Shown here: positions 1-10,578 of the stretch, piece after piece
Layout: each line of letters opens with the position of its first letter
Numbering within the stretch: position 1 is the first letter of the stretch
DNA from: a virus
Taxonomy: Duplodnaviria > Caudoviricetes
Virus record (IMG/VR): IMGVR_UViG_3300043959_000228
Strand: one strand, 5' to 3'
Length of the DNA: 64,000 bases
Notes under the pieces: model-generated
What the model was told of the DNA's origin: nothing
The model's database searches: none
The model's input: the letters and a program-made list of their open reading frames with translations, nothing else
Made by a program: the position numbers and the translations under genes

Positions 1-335
1 TCATCAATCACGCCATCGCCATTGACGTCTCCAATTTTCTGTTGATTATCATGAGTATATAGACATGATGGATCGTCAACGAAATTACAGATTTGAGCAT
101 TACTAATGTCCTTATCAACACCGGCTGCTCGTAATGATTGTGACGTATCATTAGATAATCCTCTGAAATACTCGATACCTGCTTCGATACTCGTGATATT
201 GTTCACTTTGAGGAAAGCTAATAACGCGCCAATGGCTATTAAGGCTAATAACCATCCTACCATTGGGTGGGCTTGACCATGAGATCCTTTACCTGTTGGT
301 CGCCTCTTCGTTTGACGACGATTATTCGCTGGCAT
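1..335 (-). CDS. Membrane-anchored hypothetical protein (3' end runs off the window)
   Basis: ATG at 335 after AGGGGG RBS; open to the window edge; MPANNRRQTKRR... basic N-terminus followed by one TM helix (WLLALIAIGALLAFL). Absent from the ORF track because it is truncated. Confidence 0.7.
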   Translation of the reverse strand, partial: MPANNRRQTKRRPTGKGSHGQAHPMVGWLLALIAIGALLAFLKVNNITSIEAGIEYFRGLSNDTSQSLRAAGVDKDISNAQICNFVDDPSCLYTHDNQQKIGDVNGDGVID

Positions 336-359
336 ACCGAGCACCCCCTATTGACGATA

Positions 360-737
360 TTATGATCTATGCAGAATCCGATTGATAGCTCTGCGCAACT
401 GATCGGTAACATCCCTTATGACATATCGACATCCTAGCGTCCTAGCTTCTCTTACATATGACATGATTATGAAAGCATTCCAGCCAATGGCGAAGAATAT
501 TAATGTCCAAACAGCGTATATCATACCAAGTATTGATATAACGCCAAGAGACACCCATGTAGATATGACCACACCAACATTATATGCTGTTAATAACAGC
601 ATGATCCAATCATTCAACGTTCTAGGACCACCGAATATCCTCCAATTCCGGAAAGGAAAAACGCCCTTCTTCCAATTATCGGCTGTTAACATGGTGACTA
701 AGGCCGTAAGGATCGTGTTGACTATAAGGTATACCAT
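360..737 (-). CDS. Small multi-pass membrane protein
   Basis: 125 aa, about 3 hydrophobic segments; ATATCT-N7-ATG start. Confidence 0.7.
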   Translation of the reverse strand: MVYLIVNTILTALVTMLTADNWKKGVFPFRNWRIFGGPRTLNDWIMLLLTAYNVGVVISTWVSLGVISILGMIYAVWTLIFFAIGWNAFIIMSYVREARTLGCRYVIRDVTDQLRRAINRILHRS

Positions 738-774
738 ATGAATAAGATATAGGTGCTACACCTTAACATGCCGT

Positions 775-2589
775 CTACAGTCTGTTCCTAATCATCCTTG
801 TACGATACTTCTTGACGTATTGATAACATGACTCCTCATCGTGGAACATAGCTTCTAAGCTGATATCTTTACCAATATCCTTCTCGATACGTAATCTGGC
901 GGCCTTTGAACCGGCTCCACGTAAAGCAGCCTCAAGATCCTTAACTCTATGCTCATTATCCATAAGGCCTTCTCTGGCTTTCAACGCTCGTCTTCTCACA
1001 GCGTCATCAGCTTTCTTAGCGTCAGAGTCAATCATGAACGCTTCATCAGAGAGATCGTGACCCTCCATAATGACATCGTCAATAGATCGACAACGACTTA
1101 AAGCTACATATCCTAATCCACGTTGAAAGCAGTTACTAAGATTAATGACTGCTCCATCTAATGTCTGACCCTGAGATTTATGGACAGTGATTGCCCAGGC
1201 TAATCGTAACGGAAGGTACCGCACGAGAGCATCGGTAATCTCAACTTCCTTCAGTATTGTTGATCCATCATCAGCAATCACCGGTTTCACCTCAGTGTGC
1301 GTCTTAGTCGCGTCGATATAGTGAATCGTCACCTCTCTGAGCTCTTCATCTAATGATGGATCTAAGTTCTCAATATCCATATCATCTGATGATCTACTGT
1401 TCATTCTGACCTTGATAATTGGAATTTTCTGACCAGAACCATCCACAGAGGATCCTAATGATGTGACCACGCCCATCGATCCGTTTACATATCCTGGGAG
1501 AGCGTTATTTGATGTCAACATGATCACAGCGCCCTCCTTCAATTCTACGAATTTCAGATGTCCATTCTTAATGATTTCCTTACAATCATCTGGATCACCA
1601 TGACGTTGCAACGGATATCGATGTAATTCTGATGGTAATTCATCCAATCGATTCTGATTGTACTCATCAACACTTCTATTCACCGTGCGTAATCTCGTAT
1701 ACACTTTATCAGATGCTGGCTGTACATGGAATCTTGGATAGATGATTGGTCTCAACGTGTCAACATCAACGCCATCTCTGATACCATTGAGAAGATCGTT
1801 AAGTCTCATATCCTTAGATCTTCTGATCCTATCAAGATAGCAGAATTTGAAACCAGCTGATGAGAATAGTTTCTTACCATCTGTTCCCCTAGCGTGGAAG
1901 CAATATCCACTGTCGACTGGTTGACCAGAGCTGTCCAGCTGATGCGTATCGACTGGTGGTAACTGGAGGAAATCGCCAACTAAAACGATCTGTAATCCAC
2001 CAAAAGGTTGGTCCTTACCCCTAGCCTTACGACAAGCAGCGTCCAAATTAGACAGGAAATATGATGGCAGCATTGACACCTCATCAATAATCAAAATATC
2101 AGTGGCTTTAATGCGCTGCTTCGCTTTATACCATATCCTTTTCTGTTTCTCCGTCATTGTTGTCTCGTCAAAAGGGTCAACACTGATACCAAGACCTGAC
2201 CATGAGTGAATGGTCTTACCAAAAATCAAAGAGGCGGCGACGCCAGTACTAGCCGTAGCAGCAATTTCGATATTCCTGTATTCATTATTAAGACGAGGCC
2301 TAAATGAACAGATAATATCCTGGTACTTATCGATGACCCATGATTTTCCAGCACCCGCAGATCCGCAAAGAACAACATTATCACCGTGTAACAGCCAGTA
2401 AAGAGCCTCCTCTTGACTGGTGTACACGCTATTTGACAATTCATCATGCTCGTCAAAGACAGGTACGTACTGATGTAATCCAGCAGCATATGCTGCTTGT
2501 TGGATACTGGACGGTGATGACTCTATGGCCATATCATCAGAGAATAAATCAATCACGCTTCCTATAACCTCCATATTCAACCATCGCAT
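775..2589 (-). CDS. PIF1/RecD-like SF1B DNA helicase
   Basis: GSAGAGKS, ASTGVAA, DEVSM, GDFLQLPPV, AWAITVHKSQGQTLD, YVALSR motifs; start uncertain. Confidence 0.92.
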   Translation of the reverse strand: MRWLNMEVIGSVIDLFSDDMAIESSPSSIQQAAYAAGLHQYVPVFDEHDELSNSVYTSQEEALYWLLHGDNVVLCGSAGAGKSWVIDKYQDIICSFRPRLNNEYRNIEIAATASTGVAASLIFGKTIHSWSGLGISVDPFDETTMTEKQKRIWYKAKQRIKATDILIIDEVSMLPSYFLSNLDAACRKARGKDQPFGGLQIVLVGDFLQLPPVDTHQLDSSGQPVDSGYCFHARGTDGKKLFSSAGFKFCYLDRIRRSKDMRLNDLLNGIRDGVDVDTLRPIIYPRFHVQPASDKVYTRLRTVNRSVDEYNQNRLDELPSELHRYPLQRHGDPDDCKEIIKNGHLKFVELKEGAVIMLTSNNALPGYVNGSMGVVTSLGSSVDGSGQKIPIIKVRMNSRSSDDMDIENLDPSLDEELREVTIHYIDATKTHTEVKPVIADDGSTILKEVEITDALVRYLPLRLAWAITVHKSQGQTLDGAVINLSNCFQRGLGYVALSRCRSIDDVIMEGHDLSDEAFMIDSDAKKADDAVRRRALKAREGLMDNEHRVKDLEAALRGAGSKAARLRIEKDIGKDISLEAMFHDEESCYQYVKKYRTRMIRNRL

Positions 2590-2609
2590 GCATTCAGAAG
2601 CATTACGCC

Positions 2610-2770
2610 TAATAGAATCTATTGTTACTAAAAGTTGTAGTAAATTGTATCACGTTTTTTATGGCGGTACAAAAGTGAACTTTTAGCTGTACCTCCTGCG
2701 GAGGGCCGCAGTCCCGAGTAAGATTCGGGTGATTGCGGCGGGAGCTCGACAATTTGCGAGCTCCTCTTTA
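2610..2770 (-). ncRNA. Putative omega RNA (reRNA) scaffold overlapping the tnpB 3' end
   Basis: Three consecutive hairpins (2663-2696, 2705-2739, 2741-2764) at the position expected for TnpB omega RNA; limits approximate. Confidence 0.55.
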
Positions 2771-4136
2771 CTAGCTGCTTAAATTCTTGTCTGATATGAT
2801 TACGGTAAGATTTGGGTATCCTCACCTGACGCGGCGTCGGATGCCTCTTCTTAAGTTTCAGGATTTTATTCCTAGTCCTGCGTTTGTTCCGAACGGCGAG
2901 ATTCACCGCGGCCAGGGTGTCCCGGTCAATGGTTTTACCATCACTGAAAGTAACGGTTCTCCCTGATTTGACACCCTTATCCAGCGTGACCTGGTGCTGA
3001 GAAGAGGAATTCATCGCTGAGACCCGCTCCACGGTGATACCAGCCCGCTCCGCGGACGCAACGATCCGCTCATGAATCTCGGCGTGATTCCATTTACCGC
3101 CCTGGGATTTCAGCCACCGTAAGTCTTCAATATGGATCGTTGAGCAGTGTTGCTGCTTCGCAACGCAAACCACGGCTCGGCCGACCAAGTTGGCTAATTC
3201 TTGATGCTGATTCGTGATTTTCGATCTTACACGATTATATTCTGTCAAGAGCGTGGCTTCCCGGCCCGACAGTGCCGGGTTCTTTAAAGCTCGTATCCTG
3301 GAGATTTTTTCGTAGAGAGAATCCTTGTTCCTCTGAAGACGGCGAATCTTGTCGGCCAGTCGTTTCAGGTAACGATTCTGTATGTATTCATTACCATACC
3401 GGCCGGACGGGTATAAGGCCACCGCACTGAAAATCTTCACTCTACCAATATCTACGCCCAGAATACCGTTGCCTTCCGTCCGGCCCGGTGTGTATTCGAA
3501 GGCACATGTACCGATGAGTCTTCCGTCTCTTCTGCGACGGAAGAACCGTGGCTTTGCAATTTTGCCTGTCGGCTTCTCACTCAACGTATACGGGAACAAA
3601 ATGTCGTAGTCAAGCCACTTCCCGTCAAGAAGTTGGATTCGACAGGATGTACCCGTGAGCGTGAAATTCTGTGGAGCACTCACCGTGTAATCGAGTTGAA
3701 ATGTAGCCTCGCGAGCCATCTCGGGTTTAAGTTTACCTGAAAGAATATTCTCTACGCGACCCGAGGTCGCGTAGATTCTATGCTTCTTAGCTAAATTATT
3801 AAAAAGCTCAGGCGTAATTTTATCGTCATTATTCTTCAACTCATCAAAAATGATCTGGTTCTCAATCTTCGATTGCACCTCACGCCTGATGTTCTCGAAC
3901 AACATGATCCCGTACCAGGCGCGATTAGAAATAGGCCAGGTCTTCACACGCGCGCCTAGTTTCTTATTCATCTCGCGCCAAACATTACCCCTGTGTTGGG
4001 TGTAATCCACGGAAGCGATGAGCTTCCGTGATTCCTCATCCGAGAGGAAGAAGATGAGTTCCTTCTGGAGGAAATCGTATAGGGGTAGTAATTCGTCAGG
4101 GAATCTGATGTTGAAGGCTAGCCAGTGTTGCTTCAT
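2628..4136 (-). CDS. tnpB: RNA-guided endonuclease TnpB
   Basis: RuvC-I GVDIG, RuvC-II IHIEDL, RuvC-III DRDTLAAVNL; GGAGG RBS before ATG 4136; TGATATAAT upstream; Zn-finger cysteines absent. Confidence 0.9.
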   Translation of the reverse strand: MKQHWLAFNIRFPDELLPLYDFLQKELIFFLSDEESRKLIASVDYTQHRGNVWREMNKKLGARVKTWPISNRAWYGIMLFENIRREVQSKIENQIIFDELKNNDDKITPELFNNLAKKHRIYATSGRVENILSGKLKPEMAREATFQLDYTVSAPQNFTLTGTSCRIQLLDGKWLDYDILFPYTLSEKPTGKIAKPRFFRRRRDGRLIGTCAFEYTPGRTEGNGILGVDIGRVKIFSAVALYPSGRYGNEYIQNRYLKRLADKIRRLQRNKDSLYEKISRIRALKNPALSGREATLLTEYNRVRSKITNQHQELANLVGRAVVCVAKQQHCSTIHIEDLRWLKSQGGKWNHAEIHERIVASAERAGITVERVSAMNSSSQHQVTLDKGVKSGRTVTFSDGKTIDRDTLAAVNLAVRNKRRTRNKILKLKKRHPTPRQVRIPKSYRNHIRQEFKQLVKRSSQIVELPPQSPESYSGLRPSAGGTAKSSLLYRHKKRDTIYYNF

Positions 4137-4289
4137 TCTTCCTCCAAACCTGTATATATATATTATATCAAGAATCACGATGATTGACGAGATTCAATAA
4201 TTGTTAACGATGATATCATGTATGTTACCATAAATATCAATTATAAGAAATTATTGTTATTATACCATTCAATGGCTGTCTTGTAGGTG

Positions 4290-5522
4290 TTACATCAACG
4301 TGATCATGGTTCTATCCGTCATAAACTCAGGGCTGATGGCCGTTGATGTAGACATTTTGAAAGCATTATCATAGGCAGCACTACATACGGTAATAATACC
4401 ATCACGAGGATTCACCGCTGAACGATACACATCCGAGCCAATAAGCCAATGGAGATCATCGGGCAATGATCCCGCAATGATTCTTACTTGGATTTGAGGC
4501 ATCAGTGGTATCAGCACTGGTATTGAACCATCAGACACTAAAACAATTAAGAATCCGCTAGATGCAGCTATAGTCATTAACGTATATAAATTCATCATGA
4601 ATTGTCTCGATGGTCCATCCAGACTAGCAAACGGATCATACGATGGTCGTAGAACAGCAATAGCCTTTTTAACTTGGTCAGCTGAACCGGAATATTCAAT
4701 ATTCAGACCCAATCCCGGTCCAGAGCGGAAGAATGACGGAGCAGCTTCAACGGCTAAACGATTATATCGAAGACGAGAGGCAAAAATAAATAATGGCTCT
4801 CCCTCTACCTGCGACATTAGTAATGCCACTGACAAGGCTACATCTTCTCCGCATTCATTGCTGATGCTCTCAATCGTCAATATGTCCTTATCGTCTGACT
4901 GTTGATCAATCATAGATAAGGCTAGCAGACATACTGATGCACTAGTCGTATTAGGACACGGGGCGTGAAGAGCGTCACTATCAGATCCTGGTTGAATAAA
5001 ATCAATAATTGCCGTCAGTACATCCTGTGATAAGACCATAGCTGATAATCTCTGTGCAGTCGACCAACAATCCTGGTCATAATGTTGATCTGTCCCTTGA
5101 TCGCTATGATTCTCCTCAGCGTTCTTTAGACTAGCCTCCCATCCCTCAAGCACGAGGAGATGGTTAACCTGCTGGTCATGATCATCACTAGGTGTCGCCT
5201 TCGTCATGGATAGTAAAGCGTCATGAGTCATAATGGAAACAGATGATTGTAAATCATGGTCAGACCAATCATGAACACCATCTATCTGATCGCTCCTCGT
5301 CATAATGTCTTCTTGAATATTGAGTTCATGAAGAGCTGATATGACTTTACGAGCCACATCAATACGATCCTCACCAGCTATGATCATATTCTTCTTCGAC
5401 GATGGAGACATATCAATCGTCCAGTTCGTATTATTCTGATCGAATCGTAAGCCATGTTTGAAACCATTGTTCTTACGAGGCTTGTATTCTCGCTCTCTGC
5501 GCTTCTTTCCAAAACCAAACAT
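4290..5522 (-). CDS. Degenerate FtsK-like protein without Walker A
   Basis: NMIIAGED where PHxLIAGxTGxGKS is expected, LLVLEG, IAASSGFLIVLVS, QVRIIAG; TATAAT-N7-ATG supports start 5522. Confidence 0.45.
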   Translation of the reverse strand: MFGFGKKRREREYKPRKNNGFKHGLRFDQNNTNWTIDMSPSSKKNMIIAGEDRIDVARKVISALHELNIQEDIMTRSDQIDGVHDWSDHDLQSSVSIMTHDALLSMTKATPSDDHDQQVNHLLVLEGWEASLKNAEENHSDQGTDQHYDQDCWSTAQRLSAMVLSQDVLTAIIDFIQPGSDSDALHAPCPNTTSASVCLLALSMIDQQSDDKDILTIESISNECGEDVALSVALLMSQVEGEPLFIFASRLRYNRLAVEAAPSFFRSGPGLGLNIEYSGSADQVKKAIAVLRPSYDPFASLDGPSRQFMMNLYTLMTIAASSGFLIVLVSDGSIPVLIPLMPQIQVRIIAGSLPDDLHWLIGSDVYRSAVNPRDGIITVCSAAYDNAFKMSTSTAISPEFMTDRTMITLM

Positions 5523-5608
5523 ACAATATATTATATCATTCGATCTTAGGTCTTGATATCTTATTGTCACTACAGTAGAAGCACACCTGTACGAGAGGAG
5601 GATAGTTC

Positions 5609-6163
5609 ATGAGTGATAAGAATACAACACGTAAGGATGATCAGGTAGAGGATAAGAATTCTCAAGACGAATCTAGGCCTGTATTATCAGAAGGATTGAA
5701 CGACGATCATGATACCAATGCTACCGATCAACCATCGTCTACGAAGAAGAAGCATGTTGACATTCCTAGTCATCAAGGAGGAAAGTTGCCCTCATTCGAT
5801 GCTCTGAGAAAAGAGCATGATATGATTATTGTTATTAGGATTATCATGTTAATTGCAGTAGCTGTCATTCTCATGATTCCAATCCCCATTGCCTTTGTGG
5901 GTATGAAATTCGTCATCTTCGCATTCTTAGCTTACGCATCGATCTATAATGAGATTGAATTACGTAAAGAATCAGCTATGCGAGGTGATAAATTCTCGAA
6001 ACGCGCTCATACCGCATCGTATGCTGCTTTCATCATTGTCCTCATCCTATTCATCACGCTGTGTCTTATGGTAGGATCAAAGGTAAATATGATGGTTGAT
6101 GTTACGAATCAAGCCGTATCAACCTTACAGCAACTAGGATACGGAACCGTTATCATTAAATAA
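5609..6163 (+). CDS. Membrane protein
   Basis: Hydrophilic N-terminus and about 3 TM helices; GAGGAGG RBS. Confidence 0.75.
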   Translation: MSDKNTTRKDDQVEDKNSQDESRPVLSEGLNDDHDTNATDQPSSTKKKHVDIPSHQGGKLPSFDALRKEHDMIIVIRIIMLIAVAVILMIPIPIAFVGMKFVIFAFLAYASIYNEIELRKESAMRGDKFSKRAHTASYAAFIIVLILFITLCLMVGSKVNMMVDVTNQAVSTLQQLGYGTVIIK

Positions 6164-6195
6164 TGTCGTCAATTTTTGATTGATCCTCGTTACTA

Positions 6196-7656
6196 CTACT
6201 TGACCAGCCTGTTCTCATATAATCGATATCCGCTGCCAGTACCAACTGGCTGCAGATTAAGATTTTGAGCGCAGGCTGTATCTAAATTCGATCCAATAGG
6301 ATACAAATACCATCGAACATCATGTTGCAATGACGCGATATATCGACTCGATGTTGATCCACCATCAAGTAAGGCATCGGCATAATCCATCCAATCGCGA
6401 TGACCATTATGCGTGATGGTGTTAGATGATAATTCTGGACGAGCATCAATAGCTGTCTTCAATCCCATCCAGATGATCATGTTCCCATAATCCTCGGTTG
6501 AAGCCACCGGTCCTGGTTGATTCATCACGATATTGGCAAGACGATGGTTAATAACTGGCTGTTCTGTATAGGACGATTGTTGCATGCCAAGCGTTAATAT
6601 GATCATCATAACGCTAACTGATAAAGCAATCGTTATGTTCAATGAACGATGATCGTGGGGAAGTCGATGGCCATATCGTTGTTCAAATAGGACGGATGCA
6701 AGAAGCATAGGAATAACGATAAGCAAATAATTACGTATTGACCAGCAGGTTCCAATTATCACGAGTATCGAGAATAATAGCGTCGACCACCATAACGATG
6801 ATGATCTATAAGAGATGATTAGTGCTAGCATCATGATCGCTATGATGCCCATCAGCAATACAATGTCCATACTAGCCAAACTGGATATAGGCCGCATTTC
6901 TCGTATCACGTTTCTATATGCAGCCACGCCATATGATTGGAAGACGAAAATGAATCCACGCCATCCATATGGATTGATGATTAACGATATAATTTGGATG
7001 CAGCCGAGTAGACATATACCTTTAGCCGACCATATTGACGCTTGACGATGTACGATAACATCAATGATCATGTATCCAATAGGTATGGCAACGGTTAAAA
7101 TAGCCATAGCCATATGGAGATTACCGGCTAGTACGGTAACGGAAAGGAGCATAATAGCATAGTGATTATGATGACCTTCACGCCAGCTGACCACGATTAG
7201 TATCGAGAGCATGGCCGTGATGATGCTCCATATTGATGGTCGCATGGATGTGATCATCATGAGTATCACATATGATGCGCTAATGCCTATGATTGTAGGA
7301 ATACTGATTTGATGGTTAACGATGATTACTATCCTATACATGATTAGAATTAGTATGGATAATTGTAATCCGTGAATGCAAGCCAATCCGAATTGTCCAG
7401 CTAAATGATACGCTCCGTATGATATGACGGCTGATAGCCATTGTTCAATAATAACTGAACCACCATGGATAGTCCATGGATTCGTGGATGGGAATCCATG
7501 AGTGAGTATCCATCGACCATTCTCCAGAATGAACCATTGATCAGTTGCATAGGCTCCATTGCGTAAAGCTGACCATGTAATACTCATCATCGTTACGATG
7601 AGAGCGATCATTATTGGCTTCATGATTGCTCGATGATGCATGCTCAATATTCTCAT
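6196..7656 (-). CDS. Polytopic membrane protein, probable GT-C fold glycosyltransferase
   Basis: More than 10 TM helices, DQWFILENGRWIL loop after TM1, extracellular C-terminal domain; ATATCT-N7-ATG start. Confidence 0.55.
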   Translation of the reverse strand: MRILSMHHRAIMKPIMIALIVTMMSITWSALRNGAYATDQWFILENGRWILTHGFPSTNPWTIHGGSVIIEQWLSAVISYGAYHLAGQFGLACIHGLQLSILILIMYRIVIIVNHQISIPTIIGISASYVILMMITSMRPSIWSIITAMLSILIVVSWREGHHNHYAIMLLSVTVLAGNLHMAMAILTVAIPIGYMIIDVIVHRQASIWSAKGICLLGCIQIISLIINPYGWRGFIFVFQSYGVAAYRNVIREMRPISSLASMDIVLLMGIIAIMMLALIISYRSSSLWWSTLLFSILVIIGTCWSIRNYLLIVIPMLLASVLFEQRYGHRLPHDHRSLNITIALSVSVMMIILTLGMQQSSYTEQPVINHRLANIVMNQPGPVASTEDYGNMIIWMGLKTAIDARPELSSNTITHNGHRDWMDYADALLDGGSTSSRYIASLQHDVRWYLYPIGSNLDTACAQNLNLQPVGTGSGYRLYENRLVK

Positions 7657-7725
7657 ATGCTGTAGATATGGCTGAGAGTATATCTTATTTATGAAGATTA
7701 TAGGCTCTACTGATATAGGGGTATT

Positions 7726-8934
7726 ATGGCTAGAAAAACTCCAAAGAGAGGCGCCCGTGCATTCGGGAAGTCCTCGTCGTTCAAAGACACAAAAATGATT
7801 TGGGTTCTCATCGTCCTAGTGGCGTTGGTCATCGGATCTGGTGTGTTCTATATTCTGAATTCTATCATGAAGCAGGATACGTATTACGTCTTAAACGTGA
7901 ATGTACCTTCAAGAACTCAGATTACAACTGATTATCTGACACCAGTGACCACCAGTCATGGATCAGCTCCTCAAAATGCGTTAGGGTTAAGTGAGGTACA
8001 GAGTGGAACTCTGTATTCAAAATATCCACTGAATGCTGGCGACGTCATAGCCGCATCAAACTCTGGTGCGCTAGACTCAATTAATGAGGGCGTACCTGAT
8101 AATTGGGTCATCACGTCGTTCAATCCTGGAAGCTCAGATCCTATAGTACAGAACTTGCAGCGTGGAGATTACTTCGATCTCATGGTTACGAACATGAAGA
8201 AAGAGGATCAAACCACGACCGATGATCAGAATAATGTGACGAAGAACATTAAGGTTGGACAATGGCTCTTCAGGAATCTTATGATTCTTGATAATCCGAA
8301 TGCCACGGTGACATCGAAGACATCTGATTCAGCTAATTCAGCGACTACATCAACTCAAAACAGCACGACGATGTTCATGCTGGGTATGAGCCCACAGAAT
8401 GCTAGCATTCTTGCAATGGCCGCTAATCAATACGACATGAAGATCGTCATTAGCCCACGTCAGAATTCATACGCCAATCCTAAGACTCTTGACGCCTTAT
8501 ATCAGAGCTTCGATTTCAACGACGTCATTGGTAAGAATCCTACTGGTATCATAGCCAGCAATTGTGTGAGCTCCAAGACTGGACAAGAGGAACAAAAGGA
8601 TTGTACTGATAATACCTTCTCCGCTCAGCAGAGAGATAAATTCGGTGTGCCATACAGCTATAACGCCTCTGATGGTGATACACTCGACGAGAACGGTAAC
8701 CCACAGCCATTGACCGCTCATGAAATTGAATGGTGTGAACAACTGTTCGACGGAGCAGACGGTTACTACTCCAACTCTAAGTGGACGGATGAGAAGGAAT
8801 ACTGCGCTAAGCATTCCACGAAGGATCATAACTTCAAATCTCAACTAGCCGATGAGAACAAAGCTAAGAAGGAGGCCGCTAATGACTCAGCTGCAAACAG
8901 TCTTGGTGACACGTCCTCAAAGACTTCTCAGTGA
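7726..8934 (+). CDS. cpaB: Flp/Tad pilus assembly protein, CpaB/RcpC-like (SAF domain)
   Basis: N-terminal TM, SAF-like segment (VPSRTQIT...YPLNAGDVI), LQRGDYFDL motif; adjacent to a CpaE-like gene. Confidence 0.7.
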   Translation: MARKTPKRGARAFGKSSSFKDTKMIWVLIVLVALVIGSGVFYILNSIMKQDTYYVLNVNVPSRTQITTDYLTPVTTSHGSAPQNALGLSEVQSGTLYSKYPLNAGDVIAASNSGALDSINEGVPDNWVITSFNPGSSDPIVQNLQRGDYFDLMVTNMKKEDQTTTDDQNNVTKNIKVGQWLFRNLMILDNPNATVTSKTSDSANSATTSTQNSTTMFMLGMSPQNASILAMAANQYDMKIVISPRQNSYANPKTLDALYQSFDFNDVIGKNPTGIIASNCVSSKTGQEEQKDCTDNTFSAQQRDKFGVPYSYNASDGDTLDENGNPQPLTAHEIEWCEQLFDGADGYYSNSKWTDEKEYCAKHSTKDHNFKSQLADENKAKKEAANDSAANSLGDTSSKTSQ

Positions 8935-8961
8935 GGCGTAATCAGTAATTAGAGTCACGCC

Positions 8962-9008
8962 ATGCGATACTCAGCCGCGTAGTAATACGTTCTGAGTATC
9001 GCATTTTA
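8962..9008 (+). terminator. Intrinsic terminator
   Basis: ATGCGATACTCAG/CTGAGTATCGCAT stem followed by a T run. Confidence 0.7.
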
Positions 9009-9108
9009 TATTAGTTAATCATGCCTAAAGATCATCATGACCCGTAAACGGCGTCTTGATATCTAATTATCAGCAACAAGGCATCAACTTCACGAAGAGA
9101 GGCACAGA

Positions 9109-10578
9109 GTGGAAGCAGTGTTTATTGGTAACCAAGGTACCTATGATTTTCTCAGGCAGAACATCAAGCCTGATTGGAATTGGCAGATTCCTATAACCAG
9201 TATAGCCGATTTCTGGAAGGCCATGGATGAAGAGAAACTCAGTGATGATACTAATGTAATCATCGTTTCAGACGAATTCTATAATCAAGCTAGAAGATCA
9301 CATAATGAAGCCCTCCGGGACGCCTTCCTAGAATTGGTCTTTATCAGCACTCAGTCAGCATTGACCATGGTCGTCGAGTATTATCAGGATAAAGATCTCA
9401 TCGAAGGTGACCTTCTGAAATACGCTGGTGGACATCAAGAGGATGGAGAGATATTACACGACTACTGGTGGATAGACCCGAACAGGCCAAACCCATCTAT
9501 TGACTCTGCGATTAAATCGTACATCAACTCTAACGAAGCAGATCCAGATAATGTCAAAATGATAGCAGATGCTGAAAACATCCCAATGATGCATTATCAG
9601 GAAGAGGAAGAACCAGTAGATGACACGATAGAAGAGACATCATGGGCTGGTATTGAACAACCAGAAGAACAATACACGAATAATTATGGTAAGAAAGCCC
9701 GTATTATCTGTGTTACATCAACCAAAGGCGGCGTCGGAAAGACGACAACCGCTCTTGGTGGAGGCTCATGGCTAGCAGCATCAAGCTTGCAGTCAGAGGA
9801 AGCTGGCACGATGAAGGCTCGGCTAAAGGTCTGTGTCGTTGACCTTGACGTTGCTGATGCTCAGATAGGGTCTACCATTGGTAAGGCCTCACCGAATATT
9901 CTGCAGATAGCCATTAGTGAGGAAATCAACCAGGATGTGGTTGCTAAGAATCTAATTTATTCTGACAGAATGAAATGTTGGTTCTTACTAGCTCCTAAAC
10001 TTCCAACCTCGTCGGATAATATCCCCACCAGCAAATTCGCTGAAACCATCGACACGCTACAATACATGTTTGATGTGGTCATCCTGGACACCTCAGTGAA
10101 TTATAAGTCACAATTATTGAGCACGGTAGCCTATCCCAAGGCCGATAAGATTCTATTCGTCACCAGCCTTGACCGCAGGGCTGTCATTGGTATGATGAAA
10201 TGGATCATTTACAGTGGATCAAGTAAGGAAGCAAATGGTTCTGAAATTGATCTAGGAAAAACGTGTGTCGTTGTGAATATGAGTAGGAAGGGCGTTAAGA
10301 TGACTCGTAAAGAGCTCATCTCATCCATTAATAGTTCTACTCAACGGGCATACTCTTCATTGGATAGAAGCATTAACCCAGATGATTATAAGACCCCTGC
10401 CTTGATTGGCGCTGTACCAGACATTCCTGATGGCATGTTGATGCGACTATCGAATATGCAGCAATTCCAATTAGCCTTGGGCATACCTCCATTCGAGGGG
10501 CCCATCGGTGAGATCTTCAGGCAGCTAATGCCAAAGGCCTTCCAATCTGTTCTGCCGGCCGTTAAAATAGAGAATTAG
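9109..10578 (+). CDS. cpaE: CpaE/TadZ-like MinD/ParA family ATPase
   Basis: Receiver-like N-domain, deviant Walker A STKGGVGKTT, VVDLD, DVVILDT. Confidence 0.75.
   Translation: MEAVFIGNQGTYDFLRQNIKPDWNWQIPITSIADFWKAMDEEKLSDDTNVIIVSDEFYNQARRSHNEALRDAFLELVFISTQSALTMVVEYYQDKDLIEGDLLKYAGGHQEDGEILHDYWWIDPNRPNPSIDSAIKSYINSNEADPDNVKMIADAENIPMMHYQEEEEPVDDTIEETSWAGIEQPEEQYTNNYGKKARIICVTSTKGGVGKTTTALGGGSWLAASSLQSEEAGTMKARLKVCVVDLDVADAQIGSTIGKASPNILQIAISEEINQDVVAKNLIYSDRMKCWFLLAPKLPTSSDNIPTSKFAETIDTLQYMFDVVILDTSVNYKSQLLSTVAYPKADKILFVTSLDRRAVIGMMKWIIYSGSSKEANGSEIDLGKTCVVVNMSRKGVKMTRKELISSINSSTQRAYSSLDRSINPDDYKTPALIGAVPDIPDGMLMRLSNMQQFQLALGIPPFEGPIGEIFRQLMPKAFQSVLPAVKIEN

Larger units (their letters stand above)
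2608..4266 (-). mobile_element. Solo-tnpB IS element (IS200/IS605 or IS607 superfamily, no transposase gene)
   Basis: tnpB alone, composition unlike its neighbours, AT-rich ends with TAACAAT-like repeats; GG at both putative junctions on the minus strand. Boundaries approximate. Confidence 0.6.

Noticed and set aside
2628-4136. Cas12f or an IStron (group I intron) call
   Set aside because: No CRISPR array or cas genes; the 5' non-coding part is only about 130 bp and the element is intergenic.
2620-4259. 8-bp TATTGTTA as a true target-site duplication
   Set aside because: TnpB-carrying IS families do not make TSDs and similar words recur inside the AT-rich end; kept only as an alternative boundary.
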